DNA of 60,302 bases from Acutalibacteraceae bacterium (GTDB taxonomy: Bacteria > Bacillota > Clostridia > Oscillospirales > Acutalibacteraceae), in contig JBGUWL010000147.1 of the NCBI GenBank assembly GCA_045221075.1, forward strand, positions 1 to 60,302, read 5' to 3'. A program made the translations under genes and the position numbers. Positions 34,146 to 43,306 of the stretch are shown here, piece by piece. The notes beneath the pieces are model-generated. The model saw only the letters and a list, made by a program, of their open reading frames with translations, had not been told where the DNA came from and made no database searches. Numbering within the stretch: the stretch's first letter is position 1; every line of letters begins with the position of its first letter.

Positions 34146-34251
34146 ATACAGAGGCAAACAGTTGTGGTTTGTCCTGGACCTCCTCCATCCCCTTACTTTA
34201 TATTTATTCAAAGTTTAGCACCCCGACGAAGACCGGGGCGCTTTTCTTTTT
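34146..34251 (+). ncRNA. Candidate small RNA 1 (~105 nt) with a C-rich anti-SD-like single-stranded stretch
   Basis: An extended -10 lies upstream. There is a 5' hairpin GGCAAAC/GTTTGTCC. The stretch CCTGGACCTCCTCCATCCCC spans 34173..34192. The terminator GCACCCCG-N8-CGGGGCGC is followed by TTTTCTTTTT. It is antisense-oriented relative to both flanking genes. Confidence 0.4.
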
Positions 34252-34326
34252 GATCCGTTTTCTCAGCCTTACAAAAAACAAGCCGAAAATTTGTTGATTA
34301 TTTTGAGCCGGATCTTCGCCTTTCTC

Positions 34327-34355
34327 TTGACCCGGGGAAAGAAATGCAATATAAT
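34327..34355 (+). promoter_or_regulatory. Near-consensus promoter of candidate sRNA 2
   Basis: TTGACC-N17-TATAAT on the plus strand. Confidence 0.5.
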
Positions 34356-34361
34356 GTATAC

Positions 34362-34493
34362 ATGATATCCACAACAAAGTTGTTCCACGCACAACATATT
34401 GTGTCCGCGCAAAAAACGCTGACCCACTCTTTCTTTAATATAGTTGGAGGCATTTCAGGGGCGCCGAAATATCGGCGCCCCTGAAGTTTTTTT
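34362..34493 (+). ncRNA. Candidate small RNA 2 (~130 nt)
   Basis: It starts about 7 nt after TATAAT. It has three small hairpins. It ends in a 13-bp GC-rich stem (TTCAGGGGCGCCG/CGGCGCCCCTGAA) followed by T7 on the plus strand only. The internal 41-codon ORF has no SD. Confidence 0.4.
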
Positions 34494-34500
34494 ATATTAT

Positions 34501-35487
34501 TTACAGCAGGTTCCCTGAGATCTTCATAGGACGGGTCAGCGCCCTTTTGAGGAAATACACCGCTCCTGCCGCCAGTATCACAATAATGCCAATACTGACC
34601 TCGGGCAGCAGGGTCGCCGCAGCCGATGCATCCATAAGACCGGAATTTGTAATGCCTATAGATTCTGAAACGGCGATGCCGCCGCCCTCTCTCTCAATGT
34701 ATATCGCAGTCTCCAGCACCATTGCGGCATACTCCGATACCGCAAATATCAGAACTGAAATGATGCTGCATATCACGCCGCTCTTTTTGGTGGCCCTTCG
34801 TCCCGTCACCACAAATCCGCAGAAGGAAAGTATAACAATAAAAATACTCCACGTCCCTCTTGCCCCGGGAATATTATTATAGATAAACTGAGGCGTGAGC
34901 TGGTACATCAGAATATAGATCATTGCACCCAGCATGGCGCCGAAAACGGCTCCCGCCAGTCCTCCGGCCATGTGCTGCTTTTTCTTTTCAAAAAGATCTC
35001 TTCTCTTTTCATAGAGACGGCGCTTGCGCACGACACATGCGTCGCAAATAGGCATGGCCTCCGTGCCCACGATATACACTCCGGTTTTTCTGCTGCGTCC
35101 GCATACACGGCACAGGGGGATGATCTTTCCGCTTTTGCACAGCTCCGTTATAAAATGCACCAGGGTCTTGAGGGACTCCCGGTCTATTCCGGAGTCGATG
35201 GTCTTTTTCAGCTCGATAACGATATATCTGCGCTTGAGAGCGGTATGCGAAACACTCTCTTTGAATTCGCTGTGGAACTGCCGCAGAAGCTCTTCCACCT
35301 CATCCGGCTGCACTCCCTCGGCAAGACCGCATTCAAGGCGCATCAGATAGCGGCTTTCTGCGCCGCCGAAGTTTATCAGATTATGAAAGCCCTCAAAGGT
35401 ATTGAAGGCCGTTTTTGATTTTTCGTTGTAGCGATATCCCATTGTAATAATACATTCCTGAAACTCGCTTTCTGTCAAACCGATCAC
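34501..35487 (-). CDS. Hypothetical membrane protein: cytoplasmic domain with a zinc-ribbon-like CxxC...CxxC, plus four C-terminal TM helices
   Basis: 328-aa ORF containing CRVCGRSRKTGVYIVGTEAMPICDAC, followed by hydrophobic helices. The start is uncertain (GTG 35487 or ATG 35442). Confidence 0.6.
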   Translation of the reverse strand: MIGLTESEFQECIITMGYRYNEKSKTAFNTFEGFHNLINFGGAESRYLMRLECGLAEGVQPDEVEELLRQFHSEFKESVSHTALKRRYIVIELKKTIDSGIDRESLKTLVHFITELCKSGKIIPLCRVCGRSRKTGVYIVGTEAMPICDACVVRKRRLYEKRRDLFEKKKQHMAGGLAGAVFGAMLGAMIYILMYQLTPQFIYNNIPGARGTWSIFIVILSFCGFVVTGRRATKKSGVICSIISVLIFAVSEYAAMVLETAIYIEREGGGIAVSESIGITNSGLMDASAAATLLPEVSIGIIVILAAGAVYFLKRALTRPMKISGNLL

Positions 35488-35796
35488 CGCCGTTCACAGA
35501 CCGCTCCGCCGCTGCAGCCGCAGGAGCCGCCGACAATTTACAAGTACGCTGATTCCATATTCGTTAATTGTATCACAAACCATACTTTATTTCAACATTA
35601 TTTTACCCGTTACGTGGCGTTTCGTAACATTTTCCCAAAAATCATTCCGTCATGCGATATGACTTTTTTTATAATACTATGAACAATGAGTTTATCTGCG
35701 GCAGTGCGGTCATTCTCTTAAGGACCGGCGGAGAATATTTATACTGATCCTCTACAACAGACTTCGATGTCCCCGGATCTCATCTGTCTGATGCGT

Positions 35797-36000
35797 AGTC
35801 TCACCTGTCGGCTCGGTCGGTGATTCTGTACCCCAAGGGCACTTCCTTCGGGCGCCTACGGCAGAGGTGTCCACCGGACACCCGCACCCGCACCGGACGA
35901 TTATGTTTTGGTAACAAGCTTTGTATCGCTGCCTTATCCGTTTCCAAAGCAAAATTGAAAGTGTAGGCTCTCCGTCCGGCGCTTCTGCCTTTGGCAGCCC
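35797..36000. repeat. GC-rich mosaic repeat block R2
   Basis: Contains GTCTCACCTGTCGGCTCGGTCGG, ACCCCAAGGGCACTT and the GGTGTCC-ACC-GGACACC hairpin, all shared with R1, R3 and R4. Confidence 0.75.
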
Positions 36001-36010
36001 TCTGATGCTG

Positions 36011-36165
36011 TTTTCCGATTAAAAGCTGACACTTTTAATCGGAAAAGGCGCCGCCCGAGGCTGCGCCAATCTGTGCATACGCACAGATGACATCTCATGC
36101 AAACTCCGACGCGCTGACGCGTTATTAAAAGCAGACTATGTCTGCTTTTAATGGGAGTTAAGTAT
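36011..36165 (+). repeat. Copy 2 of element E
   Basis: About 95 percent identical by eye to the reverse complement of 48841..48995, with the same five hairpins. Confidence 0.85.
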
Positions 36166-36245
36166 GACTTCTATGACTATAAAATTTTTCTGAACAGATC
36201 GATCACTTGCTGAATCGACTTGATACCCATATTTTTCAGCAAATA

Positions 36246-36294
36246 TAAAAAACAGGAGCAAGCCCCATTGAGCCTGTTCCTGCTTTTGTTTTTG
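36246..36294. terminator. Bidirectional-looking terminator downstream of malQ-glgP
   Basis: The CAGGAGCAAGC / GCCTGTTCCTG imperfect stem is flanked by A6 on one side and CTTTTGTTTTT on the other. Confidence 0.6.
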
Positions 36295-36336
36295 TCAGAT
36301 CATTGAACCGGCCTGGGCATTACCCACAAGGTTCAA

Positions 36337-39300
36337 TTATTTTACCTTCCACAGCTCAGTAGCATACTGGAGGATGGTACGGTCTGATGAGAACTGACCG
36401 GAATTTGCGGTGTTCATCAGGCACTTTCTTGCAAATGCTCTTCTGTCCTTATAGTCGTTGTTGACACGGACCTTGGTCTCGATATATTCGGGCAGGTCTC
36501 TGAGGATGAAGTAGTGGTCAGCCTGATGCCAGCTTGCGCCTTCAAGCAGAGAATCATGCAGCTCCTTGAAGGAACCCTCGCCGGTTGCGCCGTCGTCGGA
36601 GAAGCGGCCGTCGATAAGGGTATCGATAACTCTCTTGACCTCATCGTTCTCGTCATAGATCTTCTTGGGATCATAGGTATCCTTGATCTCGTTGATCTCT
36701 TCAACTCTTGCGCCGAAGATGTACTCGTTCTCGATGCCTGCGTTCTCGGCGATCTCGATGTTAGCACCGTCCCATGTACCGATAGTAACGGCACCGTTGA
36801 TCATGAACTTCATGTTACTGGTACCGGAAGCCTCTGTACCTGCGGTAGAGATCTGCTCGTGGATATCGGCAGCGGGAATGATCTTCTCGGCATAGGATAC
36901 GTTATAGTTGGAAACGAAGACGACCTTCATTCTGTTGTTTACTTCGGGATCATTGTTTACGAGGTTAGCTATCTCGTTGATGAACTTGATGATAGCCTTT
37001 GCTCTTGCATAGCCGGGAGCGGCCTTTGCGCCGAAGATGAATGCGGTGGGAGTGAAGTTGGGCAGCTTGCCTTCCTTCAGGCGGAAGTAGATAGCCATGA
37101 TGGAGAAGGCGTTCATGAGCTGTCTCTTGTACTCATGCAGACGCTTTACCTGGATGTCGAACATAAAGTCGGGATCGATATAAACGCCGTCATGCTTCTG
37201 GATGAACTCGGAGAGCTCCTTCTTCTTCTGATACTTGATGCCGTTGAACTTGTCAACGTTCTCGTCGGTGATATGAGCTTCAAGTCTCTTGAGGTCGTCA
37301 AGGTTCCTGATCCACTTCTTGCCGATGAGGTCGGTGATGAACTCGGAGAGCTCGGGGTTGCACAGTGCAAGCCAGCGGCGCTGAGTTACGCCGTTTGTCT
37401 TGTTCTGGAAGCGCTCGGGATAGAGCTCGTACCACTCTTTGAGGGTATCGTCCTTAAGGATCTGGGTATGGATAGCGGCAACACCGTTAACATAGCTGGA
37501 GCAATAGGTAGCCATACGAGCCATGTGAACTCTTTCGCCGTCGATGATGACCATGTTGTCCATCTTGGTCTTGGGGGTCTCGCCCTTCTTTACCTTGCCG
37601 ATGGGCTCTGCATAGCCTCTTGCGGTAAGATCGGCAACCAGACGGTCGTTGATCTTTACGATAATATCATAAACATCAGGAATGATGCTCTTCATCAGGT
37701 CAATGCTCCACTTCTCAAGAGCCTCCTGCATTACGGTGTGGTTGGTATATGCAAAGGTCTTCTGAGCAACGCCGAGAGCCCAGTCAAAGTCACAGCCTTC
37801 CTTTGTAAGAAGTCTTACAAGCTCGGGGATGGAGATGGTGGGATGTGTATCGTTAAGCTGGATAACGGTCTCCTCTGCAAAGTGTGAGAGGTCTGTGCCG
37901 TGTCTCTGCTTGTATCTCTTGAGGATATCCTGCAGTGATGCGGATGAGAAGAAATACTGCTGCTTCAGTCTGAGGACCTTGCCCTCGTGGCTGTTGTCGT
38001 TGGGATAGAGTACCTTTGAGATATTCTCGGCGGCGTTCTTGTCCTTAACGGCAGCGTCATACTGACAGTTGTTGAACTCAAGGAAGTTGAAGTCGCTTAC
38101 GGCCTCTGCCTCCCAGAGACGCAGGGTGTTGATGTTGTCTGTGCCGGTACCGATAATGGCCATGTCATAGGGAACAGCCTTTACACTCTGGTCGGCGAAA
38201 TCAACAATAACGGTATCCTCGGCTCTCTTGATGCACCAGGGATCGCCAAAGCGCTGCCAGTCGTCAGCAACCTCTACCTGATAACCGTTGCGGATCTCCT
38301 GCTTGAACAGGCCGTACTTATAGCGGATGCCATAGCCGTCAAGAGGAACGTCATGAGTTGCAGCGGAATCAAGGAAGCAGGCAGCAAGTCTGCCAAGACC
38401 GCCGTTGCCGAGAGCGGCGTCGTCGATCTCTTCAAATACGTTGATGTCGATATCCTTCTCTGCAAGCAGCTTCTTGGTGTGCTCCAGAACGCCCATTGCA
38501 TAAAGGTTGTTGTACATCATACGGCCCATAAGGAACTCAGCGGAGAGATAGTATGCACGGCGGTGTTCGGCGTGATTTCTCTTGCTGTCAGCCCATTTTT
38601 CAGAAATGGCGCCCATCATTGCTTTACCAAGTGCTTCGTGAAGCTCAGCGGGTGAAAGCTCATTGAGCTCTTTACAGTACTCGTTCTTTGCGGTAAGCAC
38701 GAGGTTGTCGATAATGGCATTTTTCTTCATTTTTTTGTCATCCTCCAGCCTTCTGTATATTTTTGACAAATGATATAGTTTTTTAGAGATCTTGGAGTTG
38801 ATGGCTCCTGCCTTCATTCTCCATGTCCAGTTGCCGCCAAGGGTGGAAGGCTCGTTCATTCTTGCCTCGCCCCCAAGACCCAGAACATCCTGCATCTGAA
38901 CTATTGCGTAATCGCTGACGCTTGCATAAGCGGTGCGGATAAAGCCCCAATTGTAACCCTCGGTCTTGTTCAGGTGGCAATACTCCTTTGCAAACTCAAA
39001 GTCCCTTCTCTTGATGGTCTTCAGCCAGCCCATGATGGTATCGTTATCGTGGGTACCGGTATAGCAGACACAGTTCTTTGTGTAGTTGTGGGGCAGATAG
39101 TTGCTGTCGGAGCGTGAATCAAAAGCGAACTCCAGGATCTTCATTCCTGGATAGCCTGATTCCTCAAGCAGCTTGATAACGCCGGGAGTCATGTGGCCAA
39201 GGTCCTCTGCGATGATCGGAACATCGCCCAAGCGCTGCTTCATCCTTCTGAAGAACTTCATGTTGGGGCCGTCAAGCCACTCGCCGTTGATGGCGGTCTC

Positions 39301-40224
39301 TGCGCCGTAGGGGATGGCGTAGAACTGATCGAATGCGCGGAAGTGGTCGATCCTTGTGATGTCGAACATCTTTGATGCGCACTCAACACGTCTGATCCAC
39401 CAGTCAAATCCGGTCTCCTCAAGATAGATCCAGTCATACAGCGGGTTGCCCCAAAGCTGACCTGTCTCTGAGAAATAATCCGGAGGACATCCTGCAACAC
39501 ATACAGGCTTGAGCTCGTTGTCAAGCCAGAAGACTTCGGGGTTTGCCCAGGTGTCTGCGCTGTCCATTGCAACGTAGATGGGCATATCGCCGAAGAGCTT
39601 GATGCCGTTGTCGTTTGCGTACTGCTTCAGCTCTTTCCACTGCTTGTAGAATACAAACTGTACGAATTTCCAGAACATTACGTCCTCAAAGAGGTAGTTC
39701 AGGTAGTGATTTATGGTATCTGGGTTTCTGTACTTGATAAGGTGATCCGGCCACTCTGTCCAGGGCTTGTCGTCAAAAAGCTTCTTGACGGCCATATACA
39801 GAGCATAGTCGGTCAGCCAGCGATCCTCGTCGCGCATGAAGTCCCAGTATTCCTGCTGGTCCCTTGACTTGAAGTTTTCATACGCCTGCCTGAGTACCTT
39901 GAAACGCTCATTGTAGATCTTTTCGTAATCTACATACTGCTCGTTTGATCCCCAGTCGATCTTTCTCAGATCCTCCTTGACGAGAAGCTCTTCATCACAG
40001 AGCTTGTCAAGGTCGATCAGATAGGGATTGCCCGCATAGGTCGAGAATGACTGATAGGGTGAATCGCCGTAGCTGGTAGGACCTACCGGCAGCAGCTGCC
40101 AGTATTGCTGACCCGAAGCCTTAAGAAAGTCTACGAAGTCATACGCCGCCTGTCCCATGGTACCTATGCCATAGGGTGACGGAAGGGCTGTGATGGGCAT
40201 GAGTATACCCGCACTTCTTGCCAT
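36337..40224 (-). CDS. Fused 4-alpha-glucanotransferase (GH77 amylomaltase, aa 1-498) and alpha-glucan/maltodextrin phosphorylase (GT35, aa 499-1295)
   Basis: The N-terminal half (MARSAGILMPITALPSPYGIG...GDSPYQS...) is MalQ-like. The C-terminal half (YLSAEFLMGR...GNGGLGRLAAC...EASGTSNMKF) is GlgP/MalP-like with the PLP-lysine region. It is a single uninterrupted ORF. Confidence 0.88.
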   Translation of the reverse strand: MARSAGILMPITALPSPYGIGTMGQAAYDFVDFLKASGQQYWQLLPVGPTSYGDSPYQSFSTYAGNPYLIDLDKLCDEELLVKEDLRKIDWGSNEQYVDYEKIYNERFKVLRQAYENFKSRDQQEYWDFMRDEDRWLTDYALYMAVKKLFDDKPWTEWPDHLIKYRNPDTINHYLNYLFEDVMFWKFVQFVFYKQWKELKQYANDNGIKLFGDMPIYVAMDSADTWANPEVFWLDNELKPVCVAGCPPDYFSETGQLWGNPLYDWIYLEETGFDWWIRRVECASKMFDITRIDHFRAFDQFYAIPYGAETAINGEWLDGPNMKFFRRMKQRLGDVPIIAEDLGHMTPGVIKLLEESGYPGMKILEFAFDSRSDSNYLPHNYTKNCVCYTGTHDNDTIMGWLKTIKRRDFEFAKEYCHLNKTEGYNWGFIRTAYASVSDYAIVQMQDVLGLGGEARMNEPSTLGGNWTWRMKAGAINSKISKKLYHLSKIYRRLEDDKKMKKNAIIDNLVLTAKNEYCKELNELSPAELHEALGKAMMGAISEKWADSKRNHAEHRRAYYLSAEFLMGRMMYNNLYAMGVLEHTKKLLAEKDIDINVFEEIDDAALGNGGLGRLAACFLDSAATHDVPLDGYGIRYKYGLFKQEIRNGYQVEVADDWQRFGDPWCIKRAEDTVIVDFADQSVKAVPYDMAIIGTGTDNINTLRLWEAEAVSDFNFLEFNNCQYDAAVKDKNAAENISKVLYPNDNSHEGKVLRLKQQYFFSSASLQDILKRYKQRHGTDLSHFAEETVIQLNDTHPTISIPELVRLLTKEGCDFDWALGVAQKTFAYTNHTVMQEALEKWSIDLMKSIIPDVYDIIVKINDRLVADLTARGYAEPIGKVKKGETPKTKMDNMVIIDGERVHMARMATYCSSYVNGVAAIHTQILKDDTLKEWYELYPERFQNKTNGVTQRRWLALCNPELSEFITDLIGKKWIRNLDDLKRLEAHITDENVDKFNGIKYQKKKELSEFIQKHDGVYIDPDFMFDIQVKRLHEYKRQLMNAFSIMAIYFRLKEGKLPNFTPTAFIFGAKAAPGYARAKAIIKFINEIANLVNNDPEVNNRMKVVFVSNYNVSYAEKIIPAADIHEQISTAGTEASGTSNMKFMINGAVTIGTWDGANIEIAENAGIENEYIFGARVEEINEIKDTYDPKKIYDENDEVKRVIDTLIDGRFSDDGATGEGSFKELHDSLLEGASWHQADHYFILRDLPEYIETKVRVNNDYKDRRAFARKCLMNTANSGQFSSDRTILQYATELWKVK

Positions 40225-40305
40225 TTGTCGATCATCTCCATTCCAATAGTATCAATTTTTCATATTTGGTTTTCGAATACATGAAAGCATGATAATTCAA
40301 TTAAC

Positions 40306-40334
40306 ATTTTAACACAATGTCGCTCGTTAATCAA
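40306..40334 (-). promoter_or_regulatory. Candidate promoter of malQ-glgP
   Basis: Minus strand reads TTGATT-N17-TAAAAT with TGt immediately upstream of the -10. Confidence 0.5.
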
Positions 40335-40402
40335 TAGCTTTTCACACATTTTTACAATATTTTTAATAAAAACATTTCATTATTTAGCTTATTTGTTACA
40401 CC

Positions 40403-41070
40403 GCCAGCGTGACGCTGGGGTCTCGCCTGTCGGCTCGGTCGGTGCTTCTGCCTGCGGCAGAGGTCTCCACTGGAGACCCGCACCCCATGTTCGCGGTGCG
40501 TGACCGCACTGGACGATTCGCGGCGGTCGCTCCGTTAACACTCCGCTCTGGGGTCGGGTCGGAAAGTTTACTCCCACGGCAATCATATAAAAAATGCCGA
40601 CACTGATAAAGCCGTAACCGCGGCACATGACTTCCGGATGCTGCTGAACCGGAGCGTGAAGTCACCACCGGCGGCTCGCCGGTCGCGCTGTCGCTCAACT
40701 GCCGTTTCGCTCTGAATTCGGACAGAATACTTTTATTTCCGCACCAATAATAAAATATTCCTATTCTGCTAAAGCCGTAACCGCGGTACATGACTTCCGG
40801 ATGCTGCTGAATCGGAGCGTGAAGTCACCACCGGCGGCACCCCAAGGGCACTTGTTTCACTGCGCTCGCCGGTCATTGAGCGAACGAAGTGAGCGTTTCT
40901 CTTTCCAGCTGCTTTCTACAGGACTTACCTATGTCCTGACACTCTTCACTTACCTATGTCCTGACTTTACACTTTACACGTCTCACTCCTAACTCCTCAC
41001 TCCTAACTCATAACTGATATAATTCCACTTTCCAAATTCCACATTTTATAACTCCTCACTCCTAATTCCT
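40403..41070. repeat. GC-rich mosaic repeat block R3 with a pyrimidine-rich low-complexity tail
   Basis: It has an internal direct repeat (40608..40675 and 40771..40838). About 165 bp is colinear with 59088..59255. The CATTGAGCGAACGAAGTGAGCG motif is followed by CTTACCTATGTCCTGAC x2 and TCACTCCTAACTCC-type tracts. Confidence 0.85.
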
Positions 41071-41073
41071 AAC

Positions 41074-41595
41074 TCAAAATTCAAGGGTTATTGCAAGCTT
41101 CAGCGCCGCCGCAGCGGCGGCCATCCGTATCCCGCTGCGTCCCAGTGAGCCGTCAATGTTCAGAAGATATGTTCTTTTGTCATTTTTTGCGGCTATTCCT
41201 ACATATACTGTACCCACAGGCTTTTCCGGAGTGCCGCCGCCGGGACCGGCGATTCCCGTGGTGGAAATACCGATGTCGGCTCCCGCAAGAGACCGCACTC
41301 CCTGTGCCATCTCAAGGGCGCACTGAGGGCTGTATTCGCTGTACAGTTTCAGCGTGTCCTCATTCACTCCAAGAACCTCATGCTTGATGCGGTTGGAATA
41401 AGAACACACTCCGCACTCAAGCACCTCAGACGCCCCAGGGACCGACGTGATGAGCTGTGATATGAGACCTCCGGTCAGGCTTTCGGCGGTCGAGACAAAA
41501 AGATGTCTTTCTTTCAGCAGAGATACCAGCTCTGCGGCAAGAGCGGCGGCTTCATCCGCCGATGCCGGTTCCGTGATAATTATTCTGTCGATCAT
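41074..41595 (-). CDS. pncC: CinA C-terminal-domain protein / nicotinamide-nucleotide amidohydrolase PncC
   Basis: Start moved to ATG 41595 (GGAGGTG SD). The sequence FVSTAESLTGGLISQLITSVPGASEVLECGVCSYSN matches the CinA_C/PncC signature. Confidence 0.8.
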   Translation of the reverse strand: MIDRIIITEPASADEAAALAAELVSLLKERHLFVSTAESLTGGLISQLITSVPGASEVLECGVCSYSNRIKHEVLGVNEDTLKLYSEYSPQCALEMAQGVRSLAGADIGISTTGIAGPGGGTPEKPVGTVYVGIAAKNDKRTYLLNIDGSLGRSGIRMAAAAAALKLAITLEF

Positions 41596-41718
41596 AGACC
41601 CACCTCCACAGGGTGCAAGCGGTCCGGACCCCAAAGGAGCACCGGATAAATTCACTGTTTCTTAACAATTATGGACATGAAATGGATTATAATGTTTTAT
41701 CAGCCGGGAGGTCATGCC

Positions 41719-42231
41719 ATGCTGAGCGGATGCCCATTCGCTGCGGTAATCATCGTCAACACAGTATCCTGCGGGATATGGCACCTTGTTTCCTTTCTTA
41801 TTTGTATAGGAATGAATGAAGAGGCCCTTTCTCCCCGCAGACGTATGTTCAGACCCCGTACATGGGAACGGGACGGAAGATTCTATTCCTCCGTTCTCAG
41901 AATAAACCGGTGGAAGGACCTCCTGCCCCAGCATGTGGGTAAAAACGGGTTCTCAAAGGAACATCTGGACGATGTATCGGCGGAATACCTTGACGAATTC
42001 ATAGCGGAGACCTGTCGGGGCGAATGGAACCACAGGATGAACAGCCTGTGTGTAATTCCTGTACTGATAATAAACAGGCTTCCCGCCGGACTTATAATAA
42101 GTCTTCTTGTACTTCTGGGCAACCTGCCCTTTGTGTTCATTCAGCGCTACAACCGGCTGCGGCTGCAAAGACTGAAAAAACTCATAAGTAAAAAAGAATC
42201 CCGCCGGTCTGAAAGGCTGGGGGAACAATAA
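41719..42231 (+). CDS. CrtO-like membrane acyltransferase family protein (glycosyl-4,4'-diaponeurosporenoate acyltransferase family)
   Basis: Start placed at ATG 41719 (GGGAGG 7 nt upstream). W.RDG.FY...L.I..WK, ETCRGEWNH and QRYNR.RL resemble S. aureus CrtO as I recall it. Confidence 0.6.
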   Translation: MLSGCPFAAVIIVNTVSCGIWHLVSFLICIGMNEEALSPRRRMFRPRTWERDGRFYSSVLRINRWKDLLPQHVGKNGFSKEHLDDVSAEYLDEFIAETCRGEWNHRMNSLCVIPVLIINRLPAGLIISLLVLLGNLPFVFIQRYNRLRLQRLKKLISKKESRRSERLGEQ

Positions 42232-42333
42232 ACTATACCGAGGAACCGCTGAAATAAACTTCCCTGAACAGTACGGACTCACCGGTCTGCGCCGGACAGG
42301 TACAGCACTTCCGAAAAGAACGGAGAAATTAAA

Positions 42334-43056
42334 ATGGACTGGTTTTTTACTGACACCATGGAAGAGACGCATCTCATCACCGGCGAAGACGCCCGTCATA
42401 TCTCAAAGGCCCTGAGAATGTCCGTGGGCGAGGTCATCACCCTGTGCGACAGCAGCAGGACGGAGCACCTTTGCAAAATCGAGCGCATAAGCCCCGAAGG
42501 CGTACTGGTTCGTGAGGTGTCAAAAGAGGAATGTACCCACGAGCCGAGTGTAGAGGTGACACTGTTTGCCGCTCTTACAAAGGGCGACAAGATGGAAAGC
42601 GTCATCCAGAAGTCGGTTGAGCTGGGAGTATGCCGCATCGTACCGGTGCTTACCGACAGATGCATCTCCCGTCCCGACGGCGCCGCGGCTCACAAGAAAA
42701 TAGAGAGATACCAGAAAATAGCTCACCAGGCCGCCATGCAGTCACAGCGCGCCATCATTCCTGAGGTCGACGAAATGATGACCCTCACCGCCGCCGCAAA
42801 AGAGCTGGGCTCCTTTGACCGCTCCATAATGTTCTATGAAGGCGGCGGAAAGCCCCTTGACCGTGCGCTTCTTCCGGAGGACAAAAGCATCGCCATATTC
42901 ACCGGACCCGAGGGAGGATTTGAAGAATCCGAAGTCGCTCTGCTCACTCAGAGCGGTGCCGAAATAACGACCTTAGGTCCCCGTATCCTGCGGGCAGAGA
43001 CTGCACCCCTTGCGGCTCTTGCGGCAATAATGTTCCATACCGGAAACCTTTCGTAG
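42334..43056 (+). CDS. rsmE: 16S rRNA (uracil1498-N3)-methyltransferase RsmE
   Basis: 240 aa. It has an N-terminal PUA-like region, KGDKMESVIQKSVELGV, and GPEGGF.E.E...LGPRILRAETA. Confidence 0.9.
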   Translation: MDWFFTDTMEETHLITGEDARHISKALRMSVGEVITLCDSSRTEHLCKIERISPEGVLVREVSKEECTHEPSVEVTLFAALTKGDKMESVIQKSVELGVCRIVPVLTDRCISRPDGAAAHKKIERYQKIAHQAAMQSQRAIIPEVDEMMTLTAAAKELGSFDRSIMFYEGGGKPLDRALLPEDKSIAIFTGPEGGFEESEVALLTQSGAEITTLGPRILRAETAPLAALAAIMFHTGNLS

Positions 43057-43306
43057 TACATTCTGATTACCGGACACTCCCCATTGCGTCCCGCTGCCAA
43101 CATTCTGCCGGCTCCGGATGACTGTATCGGAAGATCCCCGGACTGTAATTCGGGCTGTAAGTATGTCACGTTCACTCACCCGCACTTACGGCGTGACACC
43201 GCTCTTACAGCCATTCTATTAATATGGTATATCTGACCTGCATTAATCAGATGGACTTGATATATATACCTGACCTGCTGTCATAGGCGGACACAGTATC
43301 TATTAT

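Noticed and set aside
36514-37887. 457-aa plus-strand ORF, and similar long antisense ORFs at 7765..8532, 10771..11658, 13579..14313, 25793..26560 and 32998..33552
   Set aside because: Each lies opposite a confidently identified gene (malQ-glgP, the zinc-ribbon protein, yloV, recG, pilB, glyA). They show Val/Gly/Asp/Leu-rich shadow composition and no family resemblance.
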